Assembly: GCF_052425735.1 (NCBI RefSeq)
Contig: NC_135760.1
Span: forward strand, 8,680,001 to 8,744,000
Origin: Oculina patagonica
Taxonomy: Eukaryota
Length of the DNA: 64,000 nt
Reading direction: 5' to 3'
Below, piece by piece: positions 25,349 to 38,346 of this stretch. Below the pieces are notes generated by a model. It was not told where the DNA came from, did no database searches, and saw only the letters and a program-made list of their open reading frames with translations. The position numbers and the translations under genes are program-made. Position 1 is the stretch's first letter. Each line of letters begins with the position of its first letter.

Positions 25349-26368
25349 GTTTCGTTCAGCAGTGTTGTGAAGAACTAACCCTGTGAACTATGTTGTCTTC
25401 GATAACAGTGGCGTAAAGCCAAGGTGAAATTCTAGACTCAGTCGTAATTTACATGCCTCAGAACGGTTCTCAGATCAATATGTCAGCTTGAATCTGAAAT
25501 CTATATCAACGAAGTAATCAAAGGTGGCCTTTTATGGGGAAGGGGGCATCACATAAGATCATCAACGCAGTTGGACTCAGTAATAGTATGAGACTGATTG
25601 ATTGATAAAAAAAGTTTAAAAATATGACAGAGTATAAAGTTCTCTTTTGAGTTTGTCGTTTGTCATCCGTCTCTATTTCCTTACCCATGACCATCTCCTT
25701 GTTTATTTTCAGGTTATCATTTCGACGTTGGTGATTTTCTACTTTAGAAAACTACCTCTTTAAGGCTTCCTCAATTTGAAAATAGTTTTAATAATTTGCA
25801 TCTTTAAGATCTGTTTCTTCGGCATCGAAATGATCACAGTTGGGAAAGGGGCCGGGGCATTAAATCCGGATATCACTATCAGAAGTTGAAAAACGTAACC
25901 TGAGGGAAAAAAACATGTTTTCTTTTTCTACATTTTTTTATTTTGTCAGGCTGTGTGTGGTCTATTTACATTATGATACGTTTACCGGCTGGCCTTGCAG
26001 AAAGGAAATACCATTTTTTTTCAATTTGTGGCGGGTAGACATATAAACGAGAGGCTACATCACGCGCAAAATTCTAGAATGAAATAAAGTTTACTGTTTT
26101 TGCTACTCTGCTCAAAACATGTTCTCTTTTTCTTTCTGTCAACCTTAATATGTATGGTATGTTAGTCCAGTCCCTGAACTCTCTCTTCCGCGCCCTTTAT
26201 AGGGTTTGAACCCAGGTGGGAGAAGATTTTCGCGCCTTTCTTCTCTGGACTGCGTTCAACCCCTATACTAGTATTGGGCGCGGAAGGGAGAGTTCAGAAA
26301 CTGGACAACTGGCATGTGAGGCCAATCAAGGAGTGGTAAACATACCTGAACATGTGTTGATGTGAAAC

Positions 26369-27530
26369 CACAGGGAGACCACAACAGTAAAAAAAAAATA
26401 AATAAATAAAAGAATATTATTCACGTGGTTTCGTTCGTTTTCTGCGTTGTTTTTCTTTATGCGTAGTCGATAGACACGACAGCACTGTTGTCGTATGCTG
26501 AGCTGTCTTGTGCGCGAGCGGATTTCAGATATGCAAATTTTCTCTTTTCTTAATAATAATTGACAAGGGTGGCAACTCTTTCACCAAACGATTTGAACAC
26601 GCTTTACGAAATCGCTTTGAACTCTTTTCTTTCTCGCCTTTTTGCGACAAAAATCGACACAAAAGAATGCTGGATAAATTTTGAATACGCTCACCTGTCT
26701 GTTTCCTGAAAAGAAGCGTTTTCCAGAGAGAATTTGAGCTCCCTTTTAGATGTTTTCCTCGGGGGTTTTTTTCGTCACAGCTGCGGCCAGTTACCTTGGC
26801 ACATTCGTCAGCGATTTACGCGCCATCAAGTGCGAATCAACTACGCTCCCTCCCTCGCAGAGATTTTTTGCGCGAACACTTACTTTTCCCGCTCGGTTCA
26901 AAATTTTACCCGATCGAACAAACAATCTATTTAATCGTTTGTTTTGTCCATTAGTAAAATAAATATATAAAAAATAAAAGCTTTGACCGTGTAGTTCTTA
27001 AGTTATTAGCCTCGAATGGTTCGCGCAAAAAATCTCTGCGAGGGAGGGAGCGTAGTTGATTCGCACTAGATGGCGCGTAAATCGCTGACGAATGTGCCAA
27101 GGTAACTGGCCGCAGCTATAACGAAAAAAACCCCCGAGGAAAACATCTAAAAGGGAGCTCAAATTCTCTCTGGAAAACGCTTCTTTTCAGGAAACAGACA
27201 GGTGAGCGTATTCAAAATTTATTCAGCATTCTTTTGTGCCGATTTTTGTCGCAAAAAGGCGAGAAAGAAAAGAGTTCAAAGCGATTTCGTAAAGCGTGTT
27301 CAAATCATTTGGTGAAAGAGTTGCCACCCTTGTCAATTATTATTAAGAAAAGAGGAAATTTGCATATCTGAAATGCGCTCGCGCACAAGACAGCTCAGCA
27401 TACGACAACAGTGCTGTCGTGTCTATCGACTACGCATAAAGAAAAACAACACAGAAAACGAACGAAACCACGTGAATAATATTCTTTTATTTATTTATTT
27501 AATTTTTTTTACTGTTGTGGTCTCCCTGTG
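26369..27530. mobile_element. Foldback-type non-autonomous DNA transposon (Galileo/P-like), 1162 bp
   Basis: Near-perfect ~510-bp inverted arms (26369-26877, 27019-27530) around a 141-bp spacer. Termini CACAGGGAG..CTCCCTGTG. Direct repeat GTGAAAC on both sides. Empty paralogous site at ~15275 (tgatGTGAAACattgc). Confidence 0.9.
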
Positions 27531-27996
27531 GTGAAACATTGCTTAAGTTAATTTTAAAACTGTTATGTTCTTAGCCTGTTCCAGACGTTCGCTTCGTTGG
27601 GGAGCACCGCGAAAGACGGCGATCGGCGAGTGCCGGAAAAAATAATGGGAGGGGCGGACTCTCTCGCCCCAAGCTTGCCACTTTTCAACTCGTCTTGCCT
27701 TTTCTAGTTTTTCGCTCTGCTCCCCAATTAAATAACCGAACGACTGGAATAGGCTATTACGCCCTATGTAATTATTCCAAACATTATTCTTTTGCTAATT
27801 TATTTGTTTTGTTTTTTTAACTCCAAAACATAAGCCTTCAGGCGATCAGGTCAGGTACAGGTACAATTATGCGAGAAACACGCGTGCTTACCTCTCGCGC
27901 CGCGCTCGTCCCGCGTACCACGCGAGTTCTCGCGTCCCTTTTGTTTTGCTTGCCTGTTTTGCTCGGTTGAATAGAATTGTGGAAGATCGATTAAAG

Positions 27997-28073
27997 ATGG
28001 CGGACAAAACAACGTCTGTAAGGATTTTATATTCAAGATTCTTTCTGTATTTGACGTGGCTTCTTTCATACTG
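27997..28073 (+). pseudogene. Second duplicated orphan first exon of the beta-propeller gene
   Basis: MADKTTSVRILYSRFFLYLTWLLSY plus GTAAGT donor, 77 nt, colinear with 45900-45976. Confidence 0.75.
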
Positions 28074-30886
28074 GTAAGTTTGTAGATGCACAGAAGGCAA
28101 TTTTAATAAGACCACAGAAGTTTTGAAAATATTTATTGGGTATAAATGTACGATTTCAAAAAACTTGTTGAGATTTGCTTGATGGGTTAATCTTACATGA
28201 AAACTGCAAGCTGAGTGAGTGATCAATAAAATCCATGATTGCTTGAAATCAACCAGAAATCAACAGAATAATTATAAGTGGTGGGAAACTATCCATATAC
28301 CCTAAAAAGGTTCCCTCAAATATCCAAACTTGATAGAAAAGTATACCAACTTAAAATGAAAAGCTTAAGCTTGCGGTCAGTATAAAATACGGACTGCGGA
28401 CTACGGACTACGGACGACGGACTGGGAATAAAACACGGACTGAGGTATAAAATGCGGACTCAGTCCGCGGAATAGGTATAAAATACGGAATACGCTATAA
28501 AATGCAGACTAAGCATATTAAATGCGTTTAAAAGCGAACCAAAACTGTGCAGGTGACCGTATGTAAACGTAACGCAACGGCTGTATAAGACCTTTTTTTA
28601 TTGTTGTCGGTTCGTATTACGTTGATGTTTGTTATCTCATCGGGATATCGAAGAGAGTGAAAAAAACTTAAAAATGTTTGGGTTGTAGCCAGGCATGTTA
28701 AAAATTCGAATTAATAAGTTGATACTGGCTAAAAATATTGTTTTTGGACGTTTCGGCCACTACTGTTGCCTTCTTCAGGCAACAACTACTGTTGCCTTCT
28801 TCAAGGAAACAGCAGTGGCCGAAACGTCCAAAAACAATATTTTTAGCCAGTGTCAACTTATTAATTCGAGTTTTTGAAAAAAAACTTGTTCAAAGTTTAC
28901 CGTTTCGAACAATTATAATTATGATCTTCCTCGGTAAAGTACCTTTAATACAGCCAAGGAGATTACTTTCTAACTGAAAAAGGTGGGAAGAATGTTATTT
29001 ATTTATTTATTTTTTTTTTGCTTTTCACATTCCTATGGCTCGGTGCCCTAAGGGAGGGGCTAGGAGTGATAAATAACCTGTTGTGGACTGTACAGGACGC
29101 TTTGAAATACTGTTTGTTGTTTTGGCACATACACTGTAACAAGTTTTACTTTGGTTCATTTTCTTAGAGTATCGCTTGGTGAACGTCTTCGACACGAGGA
29201 AAGGTTTGGAGTAATCAAATCAACAGGCTCAGCGTTAGGCGAAAAGGAGATTACTTTCCAACTGAATAGGTACGAAGAATGTTTATTTTTATTTATTTAT
29301 TTATTTTTTTATCATTTTCACATTCCAGTGGCTCGGTGCCCTAATGGTTAGAGCGCTGGCACTGATAAAGTCTTTTTGCCTGGCCAGAGTCTTTTTGACA
29401 AAATGCAGGGGAGGGGCTAGGAGTGATAAATAACCTGTTGTGGATTGTACAGGACGCTTTGACACACCGTTTGTCCTTTCATGCTGAAACTGTTGTTGTC
29501 ATTAGGTTTATGTAATACTCCTGACAGATTTCTGGGGAATCAAGTAATACATGTATATATCAAACATGGAAGACAGTGTTTTATCGGACAAGAATAAAAA
29601 ATACGACACGCAGCGAAGTATTTAAGGTGTTTAGAAATGTGATGAAACACTTTCTCGAGTGTTTTATATATCTCCTCAATCAAAACTAAACTAAGGGGTG
29701 AACGGAGAAATATAATCGTAAAGAGCTAATTATAACTAAATCATATCTAAACACCGCTGCCGTCATGGTTGTAATTTTCCTGTGTAATTTAACTTGATGG
29801 ATTACTAAATAAATGAGTTTCATAACGTGGGGAAAAAGATCTGAATTGACTCATGTGAAGTTGAACTCTATTTGCTAAAAATCCTGATACAAAATATAAT
29901 GTCAATGGTTAAGTTACTGGTTTCTGTTTTCTCGATAGAGTAACAAGGAGAGACAAAGAAACGAGGAGATTCGTGCTCATGTTAACGAAAGAAAAAAGCT
30001 TCGTCGGTCAGCCAGTAGTGTTCTGGGAAAGGAAAAACGGGGACCAGTGTTTTGGAGAGGAAAAAGAGTTAGATGACGTAGGAGGAGATTTAAGAAATAG
30101 GGTTATTGTTGAGGAGGATTGGAGATGCGCATGAGAACAAACAAGTTATCAGACTTTGAATGTACATGCAGAAATGAAAGTCTGAAAGTGTGGGATAACG
30201 ACATCTAGGATTGAAGCATATGAAAGTGCGAGGAGTTTTCAATCACTTCAGAGAATAACACGGGCAAAACTGCTTCCACTGCTGGCGTTGTAGAAGTATG
30301 GCTTAGTGGCTTTTGAGCTCGCTGGTAGAGCATTTGTACTGATATCTCAAGGATCATGAATTCAAAGTCCGTTAAGGGATTCGTATTCTCTTTTCTGGGC
30401 ATTCCGGTTTGTTACTGCATTACTTGCACCAGCGTTACTTGTTTTATTATCGAAGCAACTGTACTAAAAAAACTGAAAAATAAAAATAAAAAATATTTTT
30501 AATGGTATGATGTTTATTAAATGGTAACAAACAGTACAACTACATTTACAAGCATTAACAATATAAACAAGAAAAAAAGAAACACGTACAAAATTAAATT
30601 ATAAACACTGAGCAGGAAAAGAAAAAAAAAGAAAAAATTAAAAAAAAATACGGGATACATTGGCTACACTGTTTTACCCAGAAATCTGATTTTGCCCTGT
30701 TAGCCATGTGTTGCTGATAATGAAAAGTTATATACTTGCCAAATACAGTTTCTTTGAAACTAGTAGACAGTCTTATACCCCGTGAAGTTATGATTTGTAT
30801 TGCTTTTTAAGACCTACATCTCACCGAGTTGCGTTTTAGTCTGAAGAGCAAGTGCCGTTTGTGAAGCTCAAGGCTATTAGACACAC

Positions 30887-33800
30887 TTAGTTGGTACAAT
30901 AACGAACATTACAGTCTGGAGTGGGGTTCAGTTTGTAGACATAGAATGAGCCACAGTTGCGTACCGTTATGTATGTGTGATACATGCAACAAGATGGACC
31001 CGATTTTCGGCCAAAACACACTTTCCGAGTGACCCTGCCCTGCTCAACTGACGAATGCCCTCCGGTTAACCACCCAGGAGAATCTGTGTTGCATTTGTGG
31101 ACCTCAGCACACTGGGTACTCATGTATCTTCCGTTTAAAAACCTGTACCAGCCTTCAGCTAGATCTTTGTCACATTTGTGATCAGCGAGTCCATAGGTCA
31201 CTCGTCTTGTTTGATCAGTTATCACCTCGTGATGGAAGCATTCTGGCCATGGTTTAGTGCTGCCTGAATTAGTAAATTTAAGATTAAAATTAAATTTTAC
31301 ACTGCAAGTGGGTTATGCCAAAGTTAACATATAGCAAACATTAAGAAGAGAATTGATGCGCAGTGCTGTCACGAGGAACTTCGAGCTGTTCGAGAACGTG
31401 ATGAATTCTTTCTCGTGTTTGATACATTATAATTTCCTAATCAAAACTGAAACTACGGAGTAATTGCTAATTTCGATCAGATGTCTAAACCACCGTCAAA
31501 TGTCGGGGATTGAGAAAGGTGGGAGAGGGTGTTTACTTGCCGCCAGTCAATGATTATCTAACACAATTACCGTCATTTTTTGGTATTTGTATGTTAGCCA
31601 TGATAATGACTTTTTTCACCCAGTATTGTTCAAGAAAGTTTGCCGTAAATGATCTAATAAACGCCCACTCTCAAATAAACGCCTCGTATGTAATAAACGC
31701 CTCCCCTGAAGTGTAAAGTTTGTATTAGACGCCCCTCTCTAATAAACGCCTCGTGTCTAATAGACGCCCCACTCCAAGAATCATCTCAAAAACCAAGGAA
31801 ATGGTCCATAGAGTAAAATCACGCAATAAAGTTAGTTTTTTGCTTGACTCGGACATCGAAGAGGCCAACAACGCCAACATGGTTGACCCCGATGACGATA
31901 AAAACGTTGATATCGAACTATGAACGACATCTTTAGACTTTGCATTAGCGCAGATTAGATTATTCTCCTACTCACAAACTCTGTTATGTATCTTACTCCA
32001 CTAGAAAACAACCCATCCTATTTGTTGTTTTGAAGTTGTTACTGTTAAATTGAAATAAACGTCTCTCTCTAATAAACGCCTCATATCTATTTAACGCCTC
32101 CCCTAGGACCCTCAAAATATAATAGACGCCCGGGGCGTTTATTATATCATTTACGGTAAGTTGTATCAAATTCTTACATTGTACTGTATTTCCGCTCCAT
32201 CTGCCGCTGGGCAAGCATCTTTTAACTGCGGGACCAAACATAAAATATCCCGGTTTACAGAGGTACCTGACGTACTCCCCTACCCAGTAGTTGCTGCCGA
32301 TAAGCACCGCATTCGATGGTTTTCCTGGGTGGCCACAGTTGGGTAGAACTAAAGCATGAGAACAATGCAATGAGTTACATACACCTAATTGAAGAAACGT
32401 TGACCATGTGAAAAGCGTAAACAATGAGGAGTATGATCCAATGGTATTCTGGGTAGACGGCTTAGCTAAGTCAGTAATCAAGATATTTTCTTTCTTTGAG
32501 AGCCTTAAGAGCATGATTTATGCAACCTGTCACTATAATGTTTATTCTGTCACAGAGGACTATTAATTTTTTTCTGATTTCCCAGTAAACACTTGCGTTG
32601 TATCGTTCATGGTTTATGCTTTTAATGGGTCGACGATTTTTCAATCAGGTGTATGTAGTGTTCTGTCAGTAGTTAATCTGAGTATCATTAATGCCCGAAA
32701 ACAGACCCACCCGAGAATAAGCACATCAAAAAAGCGTTTTGAACAAAACTGAGCTCAGGACTTGGAATTTAGGTAAACCAAGCATAGCTGGTTTTCTTCC
32801 GATTATTTAGTAGGCTAAAACGTCCGAACAACACTTATCTTTCTAAAAGCTGAATGTACAATTATGGAAAACGGTTCATAGTGGGCAAGATTGTTTTGCT
32901 TCCTACTTGACTCTCAAGATCAAGGTGAGGGAAAAAGGACGGACTGCTAACAGTCTGGTTAATTTATACAATGGTGACTTACATATTTTTGAAGTTGTTT
33001 CCACTTTGTCGCTGTACACGTTACGAGCAACGCATCTATAGGTGGCCTGGTCTGTGGGTTGAAATTCACCAATCACAAGCTCGCTGGTAAACTCGTCTTC
33101 GGTGGAGTTATTGACGACTTGCACTGTGACGTCATTCTTGTACCACGTGACTGTGGGTAAAGGCGAGCCTTTGGCGGAGCACTTGACTCGGAGCGATTCT
33201 CGAATACCCGACACAGAGATTGAAGATGACGGTGTTGTGGAGAACATAGGAAGTACTAGGGAAGGTAAAGTAACTGTCAATGGTAGTGCACTGTAATTCA
33301 ACTCTGTCAAATTTCGTGCCAAATCAAGTGGGTAACGCCTGGGTACTGGCAGTTACTGGCATTATAAACCATTAAGAATAGAAAGCACTTCTAAAGTGCC
33401 TGTACTATAGGCTACAAAGAAACGGACTCTGATCGAGCTTTGACTAAACACATTTGCATTGTGAAGTTAACGATTCTTTTCATACTAGGCTTCGTTCTTT
33501 CATTTTTCGAGGTTTTCAGCATATAGTCGAAGCACAAGTATACTAAGTTTAATATTGACTACATTCAGTAGCTCACCAACAGGCTCCACTTTTAGGAACG
33601 TTCCATGAATGATCATTCCATGTTTGTTTGTCGCAGTACAGATGTAAACTCCTCCATCACTGTTTTCAGTGTCGTTAATATGAAGACTGCCAATTCTCAC
33701 TGCACTGCGATCTTGGGGGAGGGGTGACGGGGGAGACCTGTTCCATTTGACCTCAGGGGTAGGGTAACCTACCACGTCACAATGCAGTTTTGTCGCTTTT

Positions 33801-36800
33801 CCCAGGAAACCGATTACTTGTCCCGGAGGAGTGGTGGGGAATCTTGGTGGTCCTATACAGCACAGCAAGAACAAATATAATCAACGGCTAAATTAATTGA
33901 GGTAAGACACAAGGCACAAATAATTCAGGGCCTAAAATGTTCTACCCGAGAGGTCTGGCCCTGACTGATATCGGCATATGTTGGGTANNNNNNNNNNNNN
34001 NNNNNNNNNNNNNNNNNNNNNNNNNNNNNNNNNNNNNNNNNNNNNNNNNNNNNNNNNNNNNNNNNNNNNNNNNNNNNNNNNNNNNNNNNNNNNNNNNNNN
34101 NNNNNNNNNNNNNNNNNNNNNNNNNNNNNNNNNNNNNNNNNNNNNNNNNNNNNNNNNNNNNNNNNNNNNNNNNNNNNNNNNNNNNNNNNNNNNNNNNNNN
34201 NNNNNNNNNNNNNNNNNNNNNNNNNNNNNNNNNNNNNNNNNNNNNNNNNNNNNNNNNGAAACCAACAAAAGAGCAGTCAACCAACTAACTGCACGTGATG
34301 TCGGCTTCTAAATTCAATTTCCTCGAAGTTTTCTCTGGTAGCCTAGTCCCCCGCCCCCCCCCCCCCCAAAAAAAAGGAAAGTGAGGGAAAAATAGCCGTT
34401 GGTGGCTAAAAAAATTGATTTCAGTGTTAAAACCATGTCTCCATTCGCTTACTAAACTTAAATATGCTCCGTTAGAGAGACCTCAGTATGCTCTTTTCCT
34501 TGCTTTTTAAAGGTAATCAGTATTTTGTTCACCATCCCTTACACTTCCTAATTATATCTAAAGTAACTGAAAGCGAAACAAACTTACCAAAAACAATAAG
34601 TTTCACATGTGCCACTCGAATACCAAACACATTCTCTGCGTGACACGTGATCTTTCCTTGATCCTCGAAGCGAACTGCCATGATCTCAAAAGTTTCAGCG
34701 GTAGCCTTAAATCGGCTTTGGTTACCATGGTTACTGCCGTGTAAAGACCACGTGATCTTCGGAGCTGGATTTCCGGAAGTAGAAACATTAAGTGACAGCT
34801 TGCTGCCCTCTCTGATGGAGATGGACTGTGGAATCTTGGACGTGAAACGAGGAGGAGCTGGGGACCAGAGAAAGTTTGTATGACAAGTTCTGAGAAAGTA
34901 CACAACTATACCTTATATGAACTGATAAATGCAAGGGATATTTTAGCTACTAATTTCACGAAAACGATATATACCCCTAAAATGTTAATATTTATACAGT
35001 TCCACACAAACCAAAACCACACAATTAGTAAATTAATAAACATGGCTCAAAAGGGCTATAAGAGTACAAAAATGTTCCCCGCGAATCATTTCCTAAAATT
35101 CTATATTCGCTATTTTCACCGTTCCTATACTACAGCTTGTTTTCCCCGAAAAATTTTTGCATAAGCATTGTTTTCAATTTCTCTTGGGATTTACAATGAC
35201 CTACAATCGTCCCAAGAGAAATTGAAAACAATGCTTATGCAAAAATGTTGGGGGTAAACAAGGTGTATTATGGGATCGTGAAAATAGCGAATCGGCCATG
35301 TCGGCGAGAAAACTTGAACAGAAAATTGCAGGTTTTAATGCTTCCAAAGACCTTCCGAGTCATTAGAGAGATTAAGCATAACGTTATACGGCAAACGGCA
35401 AACACGAGCTTGCCTTTCATTTTGTTACCTAATTATGGAATTCTAAAATTAATCCCACATAAAAAAAGGGAAAAACTCCCCCATTCACGACAAATACAAA
35501 ACTACTCATTTCCGCGTACGAACGCTAAAATGCAGACGGCAGACTTTGATTTTTTGCCATTTGCGGGAAAAATAAAGGTCATGTTTAATGTCTCTAATGT
35601 TTACAACAATGTGTGCTATATTCAAAGATGTGAATCTAATTATGATAATTCGCTATGTCCAGCGCACGGGACACAAAGCCGAGAACAATTGCTTGTAATT
35701 ACTTTTACAAAGGACTTAAAAATAAAACGGAAACTTCGTGCCCTTCTCTTTGCGAATAGTGTGTGGGTTCTTTAATGTCCACTTCTATCAGACTGAACCA
35801 TCTTTAAACAACAGCAACAACAACAAAAACAAGAACAAACGAAAGCCTCCGTTCCTCTTTAAATAAATGGAAGCAAGGTTCTGAGTTTGTACGTACATAC
35901 CAAATTTCGTCATCTCTCTTTGGGCATGTTGGGTGTAAGCCTCTAATCGTTTGGCAAGCTTCTCGATGAATGTTATGTGTACGCTAGCGCTCTTTCCTGG
36001 AAACCCACGAGGACCTCTTTTTCCAGGTGGCCCGGTTTTACCAGAGGGGCCTGGACGGCCACGACGTCCGCGGGGTCCTTGTTCACCGGGTGGGCCCTGA
36101 GGACCTTAAAGTGTCCATGTATCAATTGTGTTTAGATTTGCGTTTAGGATTATAGGAGTGGTTTTTAGGGAAGCTAGAAGGAAGTTTTGCGTATCCTCCT
36201 GAGTGGGAGACTAGCCTTTTGCAGCCACTTCCTCACCCAGCCCGAGTTTCACCCGTCTATACCGATATGGTTGCAGAGAGGCATTGTGGAAGTTAGATTT
36301 TCTTTCCCAAGATCGTAACACAACACAAGTGGCTATCAAACATTTAATACCAAAGTTCCACATCTGCGGGAATCCAATGGATTGCGCTACCCCAGATCGA
36401 GAAGTTAGCCGCATTCGCGCTTTTTTTGAAACGGATCCCGATTTAGGTAAAAATTCGACAGCAAAACAGCTGATTGATACTGACCTCTCATGCAGACAAG
36501 CTTGCCTGTTCCATTCACTGTGTTCTTAACCTTCAGCAATAAAGAGAAGACCATGAATCATTTCAGAGTAAGCGCACAGTAGTAAATAAAGAGCGTTCGC
36601 CGTTCGAACAGCCACGAGTGACTAGACTTTTTCTATAGACATTTTACAAGTCGATCTTCGCTTAATTATTGCAATGCCCTCTCACGGGAACATAATTGAT
36701 AAAGTCTGAAATATTATTAGAAAGGACAATAACCTCAGTGACTCACCTACCTGAAAATAGTTTAGCGCCTTCTGAAGGCAATCTTCGTTTATGTTTTGCT

Positions 36801-37080
36801 TTGTTGCAGTTGTTTTAGACGTCTCCTGGCTGAGGCGATCATTTCCATCACTTCTGCGATCACGAGAATGTTTGTCAACAGTCGCAGCTGTAGAAGCTGG
36901 AATCGTCTCAGTCATGACATTGTTACTGTCACGAGTGGACAATTCGTGTCGAATAAACGACAGCTCACTCTCAAGGAAGTAAACTTTGTACGACAGAACC
37001 GCAATTGAGAGGATCGTAAACACAAGATGCAGAATTTGCACGATATTGGAGGATTTTGTGGAAGCTTGACTTGCCGCCAT
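30887..37080 (-). CDS. Array copy 3: TM-collagen-3xIg-CCP-D10C protein, 8 exons, ~648 aa
   Basis: Exons 37080-36751, 36530-36485, 36104-35901 (9-nt in-frame insertion, YTQHAQRE), 34857-34588, 33852-33577, 33255-32983, 32348-32178, 31263-30887. GT-AG, 1947 nt open. N gap in the Ig1-Ig2 intron. Confidence 0.88.
31643..32156. mobile_element. Tc1/mariner(pogo)-type MITE
   Basis: CCGTAAATGATCTAATAAACGCC .. GGCGTTTATTATATCATTTACGG followed by TA; internal AATAAACGCC repeats. Sits about 20 bp from the CCP donor of copy 3. Confidence 0.75.
33988..34257. other. Assembly gap (270 N) in the Ig1-Ig2 intron of copy 3
   Basis: N run. Confidence 0.99.
35105..35597. mobile_element. Two adjacent small MITEs (35105-35292 and ~35363-35597)
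   Basis: attcgctattttcac / gtgaaaatagcgaat and tagagagattaagcat / atgtttaatgtctctaa inverted ends. Confidence 0.6.
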
Positions 37081-37396
37081 GTTTCGTTCAGCAGTAGTAG
37101 TAGTACGTGTTGTAACAAACTAACCCTGTGAATTAAGTTGTCTTCAATAACAGTGGCGTAAAGCCAAGGTGAAATTCTAGACTCAGCGCATGCCTCAGTG
37201 AATGCCTCTTGAATCCCTCTGTTCTCAGTTCAGCTTTTCAGCTTTTGGCAGTCAACGAATTAATAACAAAGCTTGCCTCTCATGGAGAAGGTGACATCAC
37301 ATAAGATGACCATGACCAACGCAGTAGACTCAAAAGTAGTGTGACACTGACCGGATTGATAAAAACACTCCTTGTTTTCCCTTTTTCTTGAAGTTT

Positions 37397-38346
37397 GTCG
37401 TGGGGGATACCTACAGCATGAATAAATTCATGAAGGGAAATTTTGCTTGACCTGCATCTTTTAAAACGCTTATTTCTCAGCTGTTATGGTGCGATTAAGC
37501 TCAAATTTTACAGAGACATAAAGAAATGATGAAAGATTGTGAATGTCGTATTTTATTTGGTAGATTGCATTTAACGTCGATGTTATAGCCTCGTGAGTGC
37601 CAAATTGGGAAAAACATGATTTTGTGGCAGAGTTTGCGGAACGAGTAGGAGACAGCACACTGGGATCTTGTCAAAAACTAATCAGTCAATACCTGTAGAG
37701 TGTAATTTAAGTTGAGTGTAAGTTAATTTAAAGTTTGCCAGCAAACTACGGCGGTTTAAGTGCGCAAATTTGAATTTAATGTCTTCTACCTCTTTCTAAA
37801 AGCGCTCTTTTAAAATTCCGCTTCTGTTATGACATACTACAGTATTCATAGTTTACCTATCTGCAGTGGCAAGTCATGAAGTTCTGTATCCGTGCTGTAT
37901 TCTCTGCCACAAAATTGTCGGAAAAGTCAAAACTTTGAGATTTCCGAAGGTGTCCCGACCTAAATACGATCATTTTGCCAAGGATAGATGTAATTATGGT
38001 AATTATATTCCACGCTTTTATGGCGAGAACAATGCGTTTTTAAATAGGACACGATTGTTTATGCCGAATATTTTTGTGATTACTCTGAGTTGCAGAAATA
38101 TTCAAATTTAAATGAAAACAAGCTCAAAGACTTCCTGCAATCTATATGAACGTATATCGCTAAGTGTTGTTTAAATTGGTTAAAATATCAAGGAAACAGG
38201 ATTTTTTTACAAATCACGCGCACGCGCCCATATTTTTATCCAGTCATAAATATCTCGTAAAGTTGTCGATGTCAGTCGTTGTACGTACTTCGTGCATACG
38301 CTTTAAATAAATGCATAATGATGAGCCTAAGGTGTCCCCCGCGACC
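37397..38346. mobile_element. Related Kolobok-like element with clipped left end
   Basis: Right end AGGTGTCCCCCGCGACC followed by TTAA. Left end GTCGTGGGGGATACCT matches it but lacks the terminal G and the TTAA. Confidence 0.65.

Noticed and set aside
33925-34311. ORFs made of X residues (also 10840-11031 and 22834-23118)
   Set aside because: Artefacts of N gaps.
35245-35775. 176-aa plus-strand ORF
   Set aside because: Crosses MITE boundaries within an intron, has no recognisable domain and no counterpart in other copies.
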